DNA of 64,000 nucleotides from Lingula anatina (taxonomy: Eukaryota > Animalia > Brachiopoda): the NCBI GenBank assembly GCA_051362555.1, contig CM120643.1, positions 28,710,848-28,774,847 on the forward strand, given 5' to 3'. The stretch's first letter is position 1. The number at the start of each line of letters is the position of its first letter. Below are positions 1-13,658 of the stretch, piece after piece. Under the pieces are notes generated by a model. The model was not told the origin of the DNA and did no database searches. It saw nothing but the letters and a program-made list of their open reading frames with translations. The translations under genes and the position numbers were made by a program.

Positions 1-2170
1 TTCATAGTCACATTTCTTCAGGGAGTATCACAAAAAGCAGCTAACTTGAACCAAAACTTACATCTGTTTATCACGTATTCTATATCACAAGCTATTGGTA
101 GCAAAATGTTTTGCTTTCCTGGGAGTGAATGTTCTAAATCATCCAGTAGTAGTGTGTTATCACATTAGAGGAAAAAATCGAACCTAATACTGAACTTGTG
201 AAGTAATAAAGAATGGTTCAATATTGTTATAGGTGCCTTCATTGAAAAAAAGGCAGGCTAGGGGCCGAAAGCTTGGGTAAGCAAGTACTAGTACATCTTA
301 ATAGTAGTCTAGGATCTTCATAGATGCATCAGTATAATAACTTATTTACTTTTCCGTGAAAATGATGCTAAATTTGCATGTGTCTGACAAATTAAAACTT
401 ACTTGCAATTTTTCTCTGTGTATACCAGAGGTCCCAGAGGTGCATGAGTGTCCGTGTTTTGTATTTCATTATAGATCAGAATTAATGTAGTCTGATGTGT
501 AGTTAATCCACTGTTATAACATTAGTGAGTGATTTTTGTATTCACCTGCTGAATTCTATCACAATAAGACAATTTAGCAGTATGGCTGTTAACATAGTAC
601 TTCAAGTTTTGCATTTTTATTGTTGATATTTTAAGCATGTTATGGATAGAGTTTGTGTAAATAGAATTTGAAAATGTTTGCTACAGAGACTCCTTTACAA
701 TGAGGGTTTTGCTCAATGTTGCACAACAAAATGGAAGAATCTCCGCAGCTAATTACCAGACAGTTGTTATCGTTGTTGCTGTAAAGTGGTTCTGATGTTG
801 TTCCCTATCTCTGTATATTGTTATTGATTACTGTACTGTACAAATGTGGTGCTACTATAATACTGTAATATTAATATGCCAAGGTTACAACTAGAATCCA
901 GTAGAAAACCCAAGATCAATTTTCTCAAGCAGTAGAAAGGCCATAATTTGATTGATTTTTAATGTCACTGAATTACCTGGATGATCATGATGATATTCCA
1001 GTGTATGTCTCTAGTCTGCAGTTCTGTGGGAAGTTCCATTGTAATCATTTCTGTTCTGTGGGAACATTTCACAATGAAATCTGACAACCAGCCAACAAAC
1101 TCCATGGAGAGTCACTGAATACAAATTAGATTACCATGCGCCCTGGTGTTGAGTAGAACACAGAGAAATGTGATTACACCACTATGTTGGAAACGAGAAG
1201 ACTTGTTAACCTGTTAATCTGACTGCATTCAGCGAAAGTCCCCGAGAAGTTATGGTGCATTAGCAAGATCAACAGGTGTTATTGTGAATGGACCCTTTGT
1301 TAGTCCTGAAGTTAGTGATCCCTTACACACTAGTTTGGTCATGTTGCTCACTGTTAGAGAGCATTCACAACAATGATGATCTGCGGACTAACTAACAAAT
1401 ATGGCGCACACTTGACAATGGATTCCCGCCTCCAACACACATCGTCCCAGCAGGGGCAGAGCAATTAAATCTCGGTACTACGGTTTCAAGTGGGTGGCAC
1501 CATATTTGATCTGTAGACAAGTTAGTCCATGGATCAACTGGTTCTGAATGCTCCCTTAAACACCCTGAGTGTGAGAGTGTACTGGACACCTCTTCCAGAA
1601 ACCGGAAACAACAAAAACATGCTGATGACAGACATTAGTTTCCAGTAACCTCTGAAACTCAGGGCGCCTTTTGACCCTCACTTACATAGGAGTTATGTAG
1701 AGTCAGTGTATGTAATGGCAATTTTTAAAAAGTTGGTCATTTTAAAAAAGAAAAAAAGTTATCAATTCATTATAGACAGTTGGGTTTTTTATATGCCATA
1801 TTTACACAAGCTGTTGAAAAAAAAAAACTATCGCCATAATGTCAGTTGTAAATAACTTCCGATATTGTTTTTAATAAACAAATGTCAACAAAAATTAAAA
1901 TGTCTGATTAATTATGAAGGTTTTTTTTTTTTTTAATCTTGGAATAACATTTATCAATTCTGCATAATACAGTATGCGATTGTGGAGATGAAAGAGAAGG
2001 GGATTGATCCAAGCCTGGAAAATTCTACTCTTAACCCAGCAGGAGGAGTCATTTCAAATTACTGAGAGGTTGAAACAGTGCATAAGCTTAGAAAACTTAC
2101 TGTCAGTGATGAATATTCTAAAACTCAAAATGGGAAAGGAAGGAAATAGTGATTACAATGTTTTACGTTT

Positions 2171-2230
<60 letters not shown>

Positions 2231-2709
2231 AATGCTGTGCATATATTTCGTCCACAAACTGAGACAAAAATTCCCATCCTATCAGCAAAGGATTCTCACT
2301 ATGAATACACTCAATATACCTCAAGACCCACTTTCACAAAATAAATTTAGGTTGGCATTTAATGTTATCTATCAAATTAATTTAGTTGTTTGGTAATTTC
2401 AAATTATCCTACTAAAATAACTTACCTGATGACCCATGGTCAAAATAGACGCACCTTTATGGCTAGTCTGGTATTTATTCCTGAGTTCTTGTTATTATTA
2501 TTATTATCTAAAAGAATGCCCTCCTTACGGGAAAGGGGGGGGGGGGAAGGGGTCTTGTCTTGCTGTCGAAACGATCCTTCTTTAGAAATAGGAGATTCAA
2601 AATACCGACACACAATTTTCAAGCCTCTCAACAACAAAGAGTTTAAACAACGTGAGTTTGCAACTTGTCACTCGTCTTAACAAGTATAACTGTCTTTGCG
2701 TCAACGTGG

Positions 2710-5700
2710 ATGATGTTTTATCCTAGATCGAATGAGACAGCTTGCAAATGGAAGGATTATACAGTGATTCTGGTGAGTAGAAAAAGAGTTTGATGTTTGA
2801 TGAATGTTGAAGGATGAGTTGTTGATGTCAACTACCCGACATTTGGAACACGTTTTCTTGGATATCCTTTCAATTCTTGCTTCATATGTTTAGCCTTCTA
2901 AATGTATGGTATGGTACTCTTTCATTAGATAATCGAGGCACCGTACTTGGAGTTATCGAGTTGTCCGTACTTGGAGTTATTGAGTTTGTATATGGAGTTG
3001 TCCGTTATTGAGTCAGTGGGTCATTTATTTGACTCCACTCTAGAGATTGGATTAATGCTACAGATTGACGATCTTAGAAATAAATGTGGACAGTTTGAAA
3101 TTTAATTGTTACTGCCATAGACTCATTTACGCCTGAAGTGTCCTCAATTTTAAGTAGTAAATTATGAATTTTTATAGTCAAAATTATCAAAGCACGTTGC
3201 TCAATATATATATTTTTAAATATTTTTTTTTTATTTTGCCTCAGTTGATGCCTTAGAATTAATGTACTGGTTAGCAGAGAGGTTATATAATATATTCGAA
3301 ATTATTATTTCCAGCCAGCAGTGTCAGTGGGTAATGTAGGACAGCTGGCTGTGGATCTGATTGTGTCATCTCTATCTATGGAGAGTGTGGGGTACCTGTA
3401 TGATGACAGCATTCTTCCTGTTATTGGAAATGACCCCTACACACAAGACAAGTATGCCTTGTCCACAGCATGTGAAGGTAGGCCCCATGAAGCAGAACAG
3501 GTGTTATTTTGCCAGTCAGTGGGGGAAGTGATGTTAGATACAAAATTCCATAAATGGGATTTAAATAGCATGCAAATATTTGTACAGTTTCATTTTTCTG
3601 TTATTTTAATTTAAATTAATAGCAATTATTGTAAAGAAATTTTGAAATTTCAAGTACTGATCAAGGTATCTATAGTATTCAGTGAACTACAAAAAAGTTT
3701 TAAGACGGCTTTTAGATTCACTCTTCATTGTCTTTTCCAGTTTATCAGTCTACAGAACACAAGCTGGTGGTAGTTCAACAGCGTTCCCCTTTAGTAAAGG
3801 TATTTCACCATAGGTTAATTAATGACATTTTGATAAAATGTTTATAATAAATTTTTAATCCACACAAAGATAAAGTTTCGGTGTAGAAATAAAAGAAGCA
3901 AAGCTGTTTTTGTCAAGTAAAAAAGAAAGAGAAATAGAGAGGAATTGCAACAGATGTTTAAAATAAATAAGAGAAAGAGAGGGAGGAATTATGACAAAAT
4001 TATGAAATGAGAGAGAGGAATTGTAACAAACTTATTAATTCCAGGGCAAAAGAAATCAGTTTGTGACCAAGCTGGCCAAGTGGCTGAAGGTCAGCGAGTT
4101 CTCACAGGTTGTTCTCTTGACCAGCACCTTCTCACATGAAAGACTGGATGTGCAGATGATTGGGTAGGAGTTACAATAACAACTCTGGGACAAAATACCT
4201 GTTCTTCACTCTCTCTAAAATTATTAAGGTTTCTTTGGGGCGATTGTTTGCAAAATTAGAAGAATGTTTATTAGGTAATGATAATAAAGTTTATTATAAG
4301 AGGATGAGCCCAAATGTGTTCACTGTGAATTGTTTAATATGATGATGGGATTTCTTGGAATGATTTATGTCAGAACTGAAAGTATTAAAAAATTGAAAGT
4401 ATTGAAAAAAAAGTTCTTACATTCATAAGAAATTTTAACTAAAAGAATTCACATTTCAGTTGTCAGGAAAGATTCTTAGCCACAAAACTGATGGAGGAAA
4501 AGCTTGGTAAAAAGTTAAGAGAGGAACTTAAGTGGAAGGAACTTGAAAAACGACCATCATTTCCTGCTCCAGCGCCACTTATGGAGCAAGCGCCATCTTC
4601 CCAGAATTCCACACTCCAAGCCACTTCCTATTTACCTGGGGGAGGAATTGCTAAGTCACTACTGGAAGAATGGTATTTAATTAATTTTTTTATTTATTTT
4701 AATTGTTAATTCACTTATTTTACTCCATTGAAATGAATCACTTTATTTTGGTACATATGATTTTCCTTATCTTCTAAAACTGATAAATAAAAAGAACTGA
4801 AACTATAATTAATATGTAGTTCAGATTTGGTTTATATGATTGACTTCTTTTAAATTCAGTTATATCCAGCAACTTAATGGTGCTTTTTTAATCATTTGGA
4901 CAAAAAGTGTTGATGTCAAAGATCCATTTACTATTACAAAGGGACAAAGGGTACATAAATTGATACAACTTTCTTAGCAGTGATGGTTTTTTTTATGTAC
5001 AGACACAGATGTGTCTGTACATATAGCTATCATCTGCGTCTGTCGTCGCCGTCGCCGTCGTCGCCGTCGCCGTCGTCGCCGTCGTCGCCGTCGCCGTGCA
5101 CTTTTACCGATAACACGATAAATGGAAAACTGTTTTTTCTTTTGGTATGAAACTTACAGAACTGATGAATATTCATAATACGCAGGTCAAGTTCGAAAAT
5201 CAGCATGATCGGGTCACTTTTAGGGAATTTATGCTGTTTTTTCACTTTTTTCAGCATATATGCAGCACTGATAACACGATAAGTGGAAAACCATTTTACC
5301 TTTTGACTTGAAACTTACAAAACTGATGAATATTCATAATACGCAGGTCAAGTTCGAAAATCAGCATGATCGGGTCACTCTTAGGGAATTTATGCTGTTT
5401 TTTCACTTTTTTCAGCATATATGCAGCACCGATAACACGATAAGTGAAAAACCATTTTACCTTTTGGCTTGAAAGTTACAGAACTGATGAATATTCATAA
5501 TACGCAGGTCAAGTTCGAAAATCAGCATGATCGGGTCATTTTTAGGGAATTTATGCTGTTTTTTCACTTTTTTCAGCATATATGCAACCCCGATAACACG
5601 ATAAGTGGAAAACCATCCTACCTTTTGGCTTGAAACTTACAAAACTGATTAATATTCATAATACACAGGTCAAGTTCGAAAATCAGCATGATTGGGTCAT

Positions 5701-6041
5701 TTTTAGGGAATTTATGCTGTTTTTTCACTATTTTTCAGCATATATGCAGCACCGATAACACCATAAGTGGAAAACCAATTTACCTTTTGGCTTGAAACTT
5801 GTAGAACTGATAAATATTCATAATACGCAAGTCAAGTTCGAAAATCAGCATGATTCGATTATTGTTAGGGAATTTATGCTGTTTTTTCACTTTTTTCAGC
5901 ATATATGCAGCACTGATAACACAATAAGTGGAAAACTGTTTTTTCATTTGGCTTGAAACTTACAGAACTAATGAATATTCATAATACACAGGGCAAGTTT
6001 GAAAATCAGCAAGATTGGGCAATTTTTATGGAAGTTATCCT

Positions 6042-6084
<43 letters not shown>

Positions 6085-9000
6085 CAATTTTTTCAGCACT
6101 TTTATAACACCGATAACATGATAAGTGTAAAAATGTTTTTCCTTTCCTTGGATTGAAATTTACATTTATTATTTATTGAATATTTATTATACGCAGGTCA
6201 AGTTTGAAAATTGGCATGATTGGACTATTTTTACAAAAGTAATGCTGTTTTTTTCCCTTTATTCAGCATACATGCAACACTGATAACGCATTTTAAGGAA
6301 AACCAATCAGCCTTTTGTCTTGCAACTCACAGGAGTGATCAATCTGACCAGTATACAGATCAAGTTTGAAAATAAGCTTGATCAGTTAAGTTTTGATGAA
6401 GTTATTAGCCTTTTTGTATATAAGTGGTTTTTCTTCAGATTTAATTCTTAAGCATGTTAACAGTCTCATAACGGTACTAATTGGATATGTTAAAGTGTTG
6501 TTTTAACATTTTCTGCTTCTTAACAATATTGTTAGTTGATTATATAAAAATGACGGTAAACCTATTATCCTGCATTGTGTAATAAAGTATCAAAAATGGA
6601 AAGGAACTCATCATTGCAGTTCGTCAGATTCAATCATTCAGTTTGTTCAGAATCTCCAAATGGAGCTAATTGGACATTATAAATTGTTCTATTGATATTT
6701 TTCCTATGTCAACAATTTTCCTAGTTGATCATTTAAAAATGACAGTTATGATGGTTTTATGTAAAAAAAGGTGTTGAAAATGGAAAGAAAATCATTTCAG
6801 TACAGTTATCTCTTGTTAACATTTTGGCATTTTGAAAGTGTGACCCTAACTTCCATGTCCTTGGAGACCTTTCCATATCACATTTTCTGAATATCCATGA
6901 TACTTTTATTTTTTTATAAAAAATTTGATGGTCATTATGCTGTTAAGTATTATGTTATATTGCATGAAAGTTAAAGAAAACCCTATTTTGGACACTGCTG
7001 CCAGGATAGCGATTAAGGGAAAACCATGTTACTTATGATAATCAACCTTACTGAAAAGAGTGAAGTGCAGCTTGTGTTGGAAAACCATCGTAATTGTTTT
7101 CTGTTTTGAAAGCAATGCAGTACAGTGCTATTTGGTGCAATAAATGTATATGGATAGTAGGCAGTTAATTCAGGGTTATAAAATAATTTGCTTAATTGAT
7201 TTTCAAGTTATTTCAGGGTTATAAAATAATTTGCTTAATTAATTTTCAAGTGGGTATTAAATGAGATTACATAAACACACATTGAGATTTCATTGTAAAG
7301 TCCCATCGGTTTAGCTTTCTTAACTGTGTCACATAATTAGGAATCGATGATTATTATGCAGGTAAATGTTATTTAATATGGAAAATAAGTTTACAAAAAA
7401 AAATTTGTGTAACGCTTACATTAATGCTAAAGATGAATAACAGTGCCTTATTATTCTCAAACTCAATAGGGTTATTCATATCATGTTAGTAATTGTACAG
7501 CTAGATTAAAAGTTTGAATAGCAGCTTTATTGGTATTTTTTGTTATGTTTTATTTTACATTTTCTTTTAATTTTTTTATGCTGTTTTTTCACTTTTTTCA
7601 ACATATATGCAACATTAATAACACAATATAAGAAAAACAGCTTAGCCAATTGTCATTATACTCACAGGAGTGGTCAATCTTACAAAAATGCAGGTTGAGT
7701 TCGAAAATCAGTGTTATCGGGCCATTATTTTAGAAGTTGTACTGTTTTTTCAAATTTCCTCAGATTCAATTCTTAGGCATGTTAACAGTCTCATTATTGA
7801 ACTAATAAGATACGTAAAAGTGTGTGTTTGATATTTCCTGCATCTTTACAACATTGTTAGTTGATTATGTAAAAATGATGGTAAACTTGTTATCATGTAT
7901 TGTGTAATCAAGTGTCCAAAACGGAAATAAACTCATATCATTGCAGTTTGTCAGATTCAATCATCCACATCTGCCATGATGACCATGATGGGAAAACCGT
8001 GTTCATTATGATTGTCAAACTTTCAAAAAAGAAACACAGGACTAAAATGCAGCCCAAGTTGGAAAAGCAGTCTAATGGGCTTCTTTTTCTGGAAGTTATT
8101 CATTTTAGTGAAATATTCATTATCTTTTTGGCATATTCATTGTGGGACTCGGAGCTCCCATGGACATGAAGCCGGATGGTAATCAAATTTTCTACATGTT
8201 CATGCTATTTATAGTCAATAATCAAAAATTGGTGATAATTATTCTATAATTTATTATGTAATGTTACATCAAAATTAACAATAATCTTTTTGCACTGCTA
8301 CTGCAAACATTATGAAAAGAAAACTGTGTTATTTATTATTATATTTAACTTAAGAGTATGATTTTTAGGATTGGCATGCAGTTCAAATTAGAAAGCCAGG
8401 TCAATTGGGTTATCATTTATTATTGAATTTAATGCAATTTTGTGTGAAATTTCATTTTTCTCATTCTGGCACTTTCTAAGTATAAACTTGAACTCTGATG
8501 GGCCTGAAGCCTTATGCTTTTACTCTCATCGGTGTTACCTGTTGTGCAAAATTAAAATTTGATGTTGACTGTGCAGTTAAACATAATGTATTATTGCATC
8601 AGAAGTTGTAGTCTCCTATTTTGTGCATTATTGTTTTGTGCTCTTCTTAAGTTGTGACTTATGGGCCTGAAAGACCTTTGAGAGGGTCAGTCTATAAATT
8701 TCCCTTGGGTATCACTTCGCTAATTTCAGTTATAAAGTAATTTGCCTAATTGATAGGCTACATAAAGCACACTTGTGATTTGAGATTACATAAAGCACAC
8801 TTGTTGATATTTCCCTGTAAACTCCCATAGGTTAAGCTCTCTGCTAGATTAATAATAAGGAAGCAGTGATAATTATGCAGGTAAATTTTGTTTAATATTG
8901 CAAATAAGTTTTATATATATATATATATATCAAACTGAAAGATTAAAAGTTTGAATAGCAGCTTCATTGGAATTATATTTACCTCTGCCAAGGAGGTTAT

Positions 9001-10584
9001 ATTTTCACCCCTGTTTGTCATCAACATAACTCAAAAAGTTATGGACCGATTTTGCTGAAATTTTCAGGAACTGTCAGAAGTGGGCCAAAGAGGACAAAAA
9101 TCAATAATAATCAACAATTGCTACCTTGGCAGAGGTCTGCACTCTCGGAGTGCTTTTCTAGTTTTGTTGTTTTCCTTTATAATTTTTTCTCAAACACTTG
9201 CATTTGTGACTTTAAACTCTCATCCGCCTGAGACTCTGACATTTCTGTTTTTCCACATAAGCAGTTGTATTGTTTTTTATGTCTTTAAACATTATGTTAC
9301 TTATGTAATATTATTTTATGCACTGTCATCATTTTTCAAATATTGAGACTTACATCATGTGAATTTGAACTCTCATGGTCCTGAAACTGTAATCTTATTG
9401 AAAGGGTAGATTGAGACCATCTTCTGGGACTTCCGGAAGACAGTCAGGTTATTAAGTTTATATTGCCTGGTATCTATTTTTTCTTCTGTTGGAAGACCAT
9501 CAAAATGGAGGATGGATCAAAATAGATACTTTGGAATACTGTCAGAAAATATCTCTGGGTCCGCTCATGTTATTGACCATTTTACCTGTTGTGCATGATT
9601 AAAATTCAGTGTTGACTGACAGTGCTATTATAAGCATTATTTATTATTGCATCAAAATTGACAAAATGACCTATTTTGCATCTTTATTTTCTGTTTTTTG
9701 TCTGTACATTTGACAGCTTTGCTGCCTTGTTTTCTTTTGAGATTGGTATAACAATTATTATTACATTCTACCAGGAATATACGTGTTCTATATTTCTGTT
9801 TTTATTTTACTGTCATTGCAGTGAGAAGATGGACATCCCTCTGTTGGTGGTCTCTACGTTTTGTTCTGAGGGAGACAATGTTCCGGACGCACTGAGGCTA
9901 GCTTCTCACTTGAACACATGGCTCCATCTAGTGGTAAGTTTAGCAGAGGACATGGTTCTAAATAACCTTAAACAAGAAATCAGCCCCTGAAAAACCCTAA
10001 GCACAAATCAGACTGAGAATGTAAACACAATCTTCTCACCTGAACACATGGCTCCCTCTAGTAGTGACTGAGTGAGTTTGACAGACGACAAGGTCGTATC
10101 AGACACTGGCGATGTGTGAAAACTTTATCTCCCAGGTCAGAGTATGAGCACTTAGTAATCATATTCAGAATAGCAGTTTGTTGAGAACAGAATTAATGCT
10201 AGAATAAAACTTGGTCTGAGTAAACACTGGCAGTTTATCAGGCCCGTAGCCAGGGGAGGTTGGGGGGTTCAAAAGAAACACCCCTTTGCTGGGAAAAGGT
10301 CCACTCAGGGTAAAATTTGATTTAGGTACATGAAGTTTTTATGGGAAAAGGTCCACTTTTTCAGAAAAAGAACCCCCCTTTTGAAATTGCTGGCTATGGG
10401 CCCGTTTATTAGGATAAAAATGTGTGTATTAATGCATGTGTGTATGTTGACATATTTATAACAGAAGACTTTTTGTTTCCAGAAACCTGGTATTGCTGGT
10501 GACACTTCACAGGGTGGCTGGGTTACCCCGTCGTCATGGCAACACTTATTTGGCAGCACATTTGACCAGATGTTATACCAGTGA
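2710..10584 (+). CDS. PSMG2: Proteasome assembly chaperone 2 (PAC2), 7 coding exons
   Basis: Exons 2710-2772, 3315-3477, 3741-3799, 4045-4163, 4460-4672, 9822-9933, 10483-10584. All introns are GT-AG with consistent phases. Translation contains PAVSVGNVGQLAVDL, PGGGIAK, FCSEGDNVPDA and C-terminal WVTPSSWQHLFG, all characteristic of PAC2. Confidence 0.95.
2941..3013. repeat. Short ~24-bp tandem duplication in PSMG2 intron 1
   Basis: ccgtacttggagttat(c/t)gagtt occurs twice, followed by a degenerate third copy. Confidence 0.7.
5107..6400 (+). repeat. 161-bp tandem repeat array (~7.5 copies, degenerating 3')
   Basis: Anchor gataac recurs at 5109, 5270, 5431, 5592, 5754, 5915, 6112 (after a poly-T expansion) and 6282. 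Confidence 0.95.
8978..9162 (+). mobile_element. Mini HINE/DINE-1-like element nested in the larger element
   Basis: subTIRs acctctgccaagg (8981-8993) and ccttggcagaggt (9124-9136), 3' hairpin gcactc-tcg-gagtgc (9139-9153), ends ctagtt, inserted in a T-rich site. The paralogous site near 7504-7545 is empty. Confidence 0.8.
10239..10404. mobile_element. Small MITE with CAGGCCCGTAGCCAG termini
   Basis: caggcccgtagccag ... ctggctatgggcccg imperfect TIR, flanked by tttat on both sides. A degenerate relative lies near 11930-12115. Confidence 0.55.
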
Positions 10585-13500
10585 TAAATATTTACTATTC
10601 CTCTGGACTTCTCAAGAATCTGATGGCTGCTAAGCCTTCTGCATCAGACCTGGACATTATTTAATCCAGGCAGCATTCGTTGGTGCAGTGTATTCTTTCT
10701 CTCACAAAATGCAGAGTGGCAAGGAATTGCTAACAAATTTGCTGTAGCAGTCAAAACCCAGTGAAGGATCTCAGCTGTGGTGAAGACTAATTTAAATTTA
10801 TAATCCTTGGGTGTTTTTTTTTTTTTTTTTCTACTTCTCTTGACTGAAGAAACTTTAAAAACATTTTTATACTTAAAATTGTTCATCTTCGTCTCGTACT
10901 TTCTATCAGGTCACATTACGATTATTATCACCTATGGGTGAAAAGTTAAGAACACCGCAGGAACGAAGGAAAAAGAACACATGTAGCAAATGAATGAAGA
11001 ACAACTGGCATAGATGTAAACACTAACATTGAAACTATGAACAACTAGGAGGCAATACGTAGTTTGAAGAACAGGAAGTTTAACTTTTATTATCATTATT
11101 ATCATTAGAATAGATGACAATGTGCTCTGCAAGCCAGGAAGCTCAGATATACAGACAAATCAAAAGATGACCCCTAGGGGCACACCTTTAATTTCAACTT
11201 AAAATGTTTGAATTCCAATTCAAATGTTACATCTTCCTGAAAAGCATTTTACTATACAGAGTAGCAGAAAAAAATCAATTTTAATGGTATAAATTATACA
11301 TATGCTGAACTTACCAGTCTTAACTGGCTAAAATGATTGATCCAGCGTGACTTGTACATTCTGTATTAAGATACAATCTGGGGTATTATGTGTTATAACA
11401 CTTCAATAAACAATGGACTTTTCTACAGTCATCTTAACAACTTGGATGTTAAATACAGCATGCCTAACATTGACCAAATTAATCCACAGAATTCTTCAAA
11501 AATAAAACCTTACATGCAGAAGTATGAATACCATTGTTCTATTCCAAATTTCAAAATAAAATTTCACGCAGTTTTGACAGATTGTTTCTGAGTCAAGATT
11601 TGAAACTTTGCGAGAGCTTATTACAAATACGCCATGTTCTTTATGTGGACAAAATGCAGAACTTTCACCTACAAACTTTCGGATATTTTTTTACAACTGA
11701 TACCAGTACAAAAACATTGCAAAACAGCTCCTTGAAAATAATTCCCTAGAGCAGCTCATATATCAACTCATCACAAGAACAGGAAAAAAAACTCAAACAG
11801 TTGCAAGAGAAGATGAGTGACGACTACATATACAAATTTAACAAACTTAAGTTCCTAATAAGGACATGAATTCCTAATAAGGACATAATTAGTGTACCCT
11901 GGATTTCAGAGATCACTGGAAACAACTCTGGGGGGGGGGGGATATCAAGAGGGGGGATCTATCAAACTGCTTTTTGACTGCAAAAAAGGTCTGTTCTGAA
12001 TCTGAGCCTTTCATCCAGGTTCTACATCTGCCATTAAGGTGAAAAGGTCCACTCTTCCTTTTTTTCCATAAAAATACCCCTCCCCCTTTTTTTTAATTGC
12101 TGACTGCTGACCTGTTGTGTCTTATGGTATTTCTAGTTACCATAGGCATGCCAATCAGTTCTCAGTCAACTCTGAAACTCAGGGTAATAAGAAGTTGTCT
12201 CTATAATCACCTTATTTCCATGAGGTAAATGTGACCTTGGCTAGGAGGAGAATTAGTCAGCTTATATTTTCATTTTACGTGACTGCTCAGAAAAAAATCA
12301 AATAAAAGATAGAAAGAGAAATAACATATGTCAGTGCTTGTGACTTTTTAAGTTAAAAATATTAAGACAGTTAGCAAAATAAGCAAATAGAAACAGCATC
12401 ATGAAATGAAAAATATGAGATAAGAGCAAATAAATTGCACATTAATATCTACAATTTCATTTTTTTTTTTTTTTACAATTTATCCTTTATTCATCCATGT
12501 ACTAAAGTTTCCATAAAACAGTGTGAAAACTTTCCCTCAATGCCAATTTTGACTCAAATGCCTCTTGAACCATTCCACACTATTATCTACTCCATCAACA
12601 CATTTCCCAAAAAGTTATACCATTTACCAAAATACTCACTTTCACCAATTTCGTTAGAAGAGAGTTTCAGACTGATTTGTGTTTTCTTTTGTCTTTTAAA
12701 AAAATTACCCAAACCTCAGGTCCATTACCAAAGCTCTATTGAAATAGGTTGCCACCAATATTCAGTTGTCTATTCGCCTGGATAGCCTCATTCCCTGATA
12801 GAAAAATCTTTCAAATGGTCTAAGACATAAAAATATTGAAGATAAACAATATAAATACAAGTTGTTGGGTGAAGAAGAACCACTGCTTTGATCTATACAC
12901 TGTCAGATTTTGAATGAATGACTGTAGATTGACAATTTATTATGGAGAGCGTAAAATACTGTGGAATGGAAGGCGTCTTAGTCACAAGTGCTTTCAAGAG
13001 GAATCCTATCTCAATAAATAAAATACTTAAAACATCAAAAGTATGCAGAGCATACTTCAAACACTAATTTTTTTTACCAGTTTCCCTTGGCCTAACTCTA
13101 TCAAACTACAGTTCCACATTTAATCTTTTAAAAAAATGGCAAACAAATTTTACAGTGTACTGAATGAAATTAGAATACATGCTGCTGCCATATATTTTTT
13201 CAACAAAAACACTGGTACTATGCATGTTTGAAAGAACATTGAGAGTTTATAGTGAGTGCAATGAGAAGAGCTAATTTCTGCCAACTTGGCTCAATCCTGT
13301 TTTCACACAGTGCAGTTCAACCAACTAATGGGAACAACTCTACCATTATCTTGCATTCATATGACATCTCGGCCCTGATTGGTCAGATAATGTAATGCTT
13401 TGACCTTTGATCTGCCATGACCAACCCCTTCACTGAAAGCCTGTGGGTTTCATGAAAGAAATCGAGCAGAGATTGGTTTTTGTATAACCTACAAAGAATC

Positions 13501-13658
13501 ACAGCCAAATAAGTTGCATCTACCATGGAATCAATAGGACAGCATACCTACATTTTAGGATCGTACAACTAAGCCCTCAGACCAAATTCTAGTATGATTT
13601 CGTCACCAATTTCTACTCACACTGGCATGCTGGCAGTGCCCTGTTCAGGCAAGTCATA

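Larger units (their letters stand above)
4987..9735 (+). mobile_element. Non-autonomous Helentron-type (HINE/DINE-1-like) element with internal tandem array
   Basis: T-run, then perfect inverted repeat atgtacagacaca-ga-tgtgtctgtacat (4995-5022), then a (gtc/gcc) microsatellite (~5037-5097) and a 161-bp tandem core. The 3' end has subTIR tgtctgtacat (9699-9709), a short hairpin gacagc-ttt-gctgcc (9712-9726) and Ts. No TSD seen, as expected for this class. Confidence 0.75.

Noticed and set aside
1000-1600. GC-richer stretch with short ORFs upstream of PSMG2
   Set aside because: No recognisable domain or splice pattern; possibly a decayed repeat, but I cannot support a call.
5107-6400. 161-bp array as a CRISPR-like locus
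   Set aside because: Head-to-tail repeats with no unique spacers, no cas genes, and located in a eukaryotic intron.
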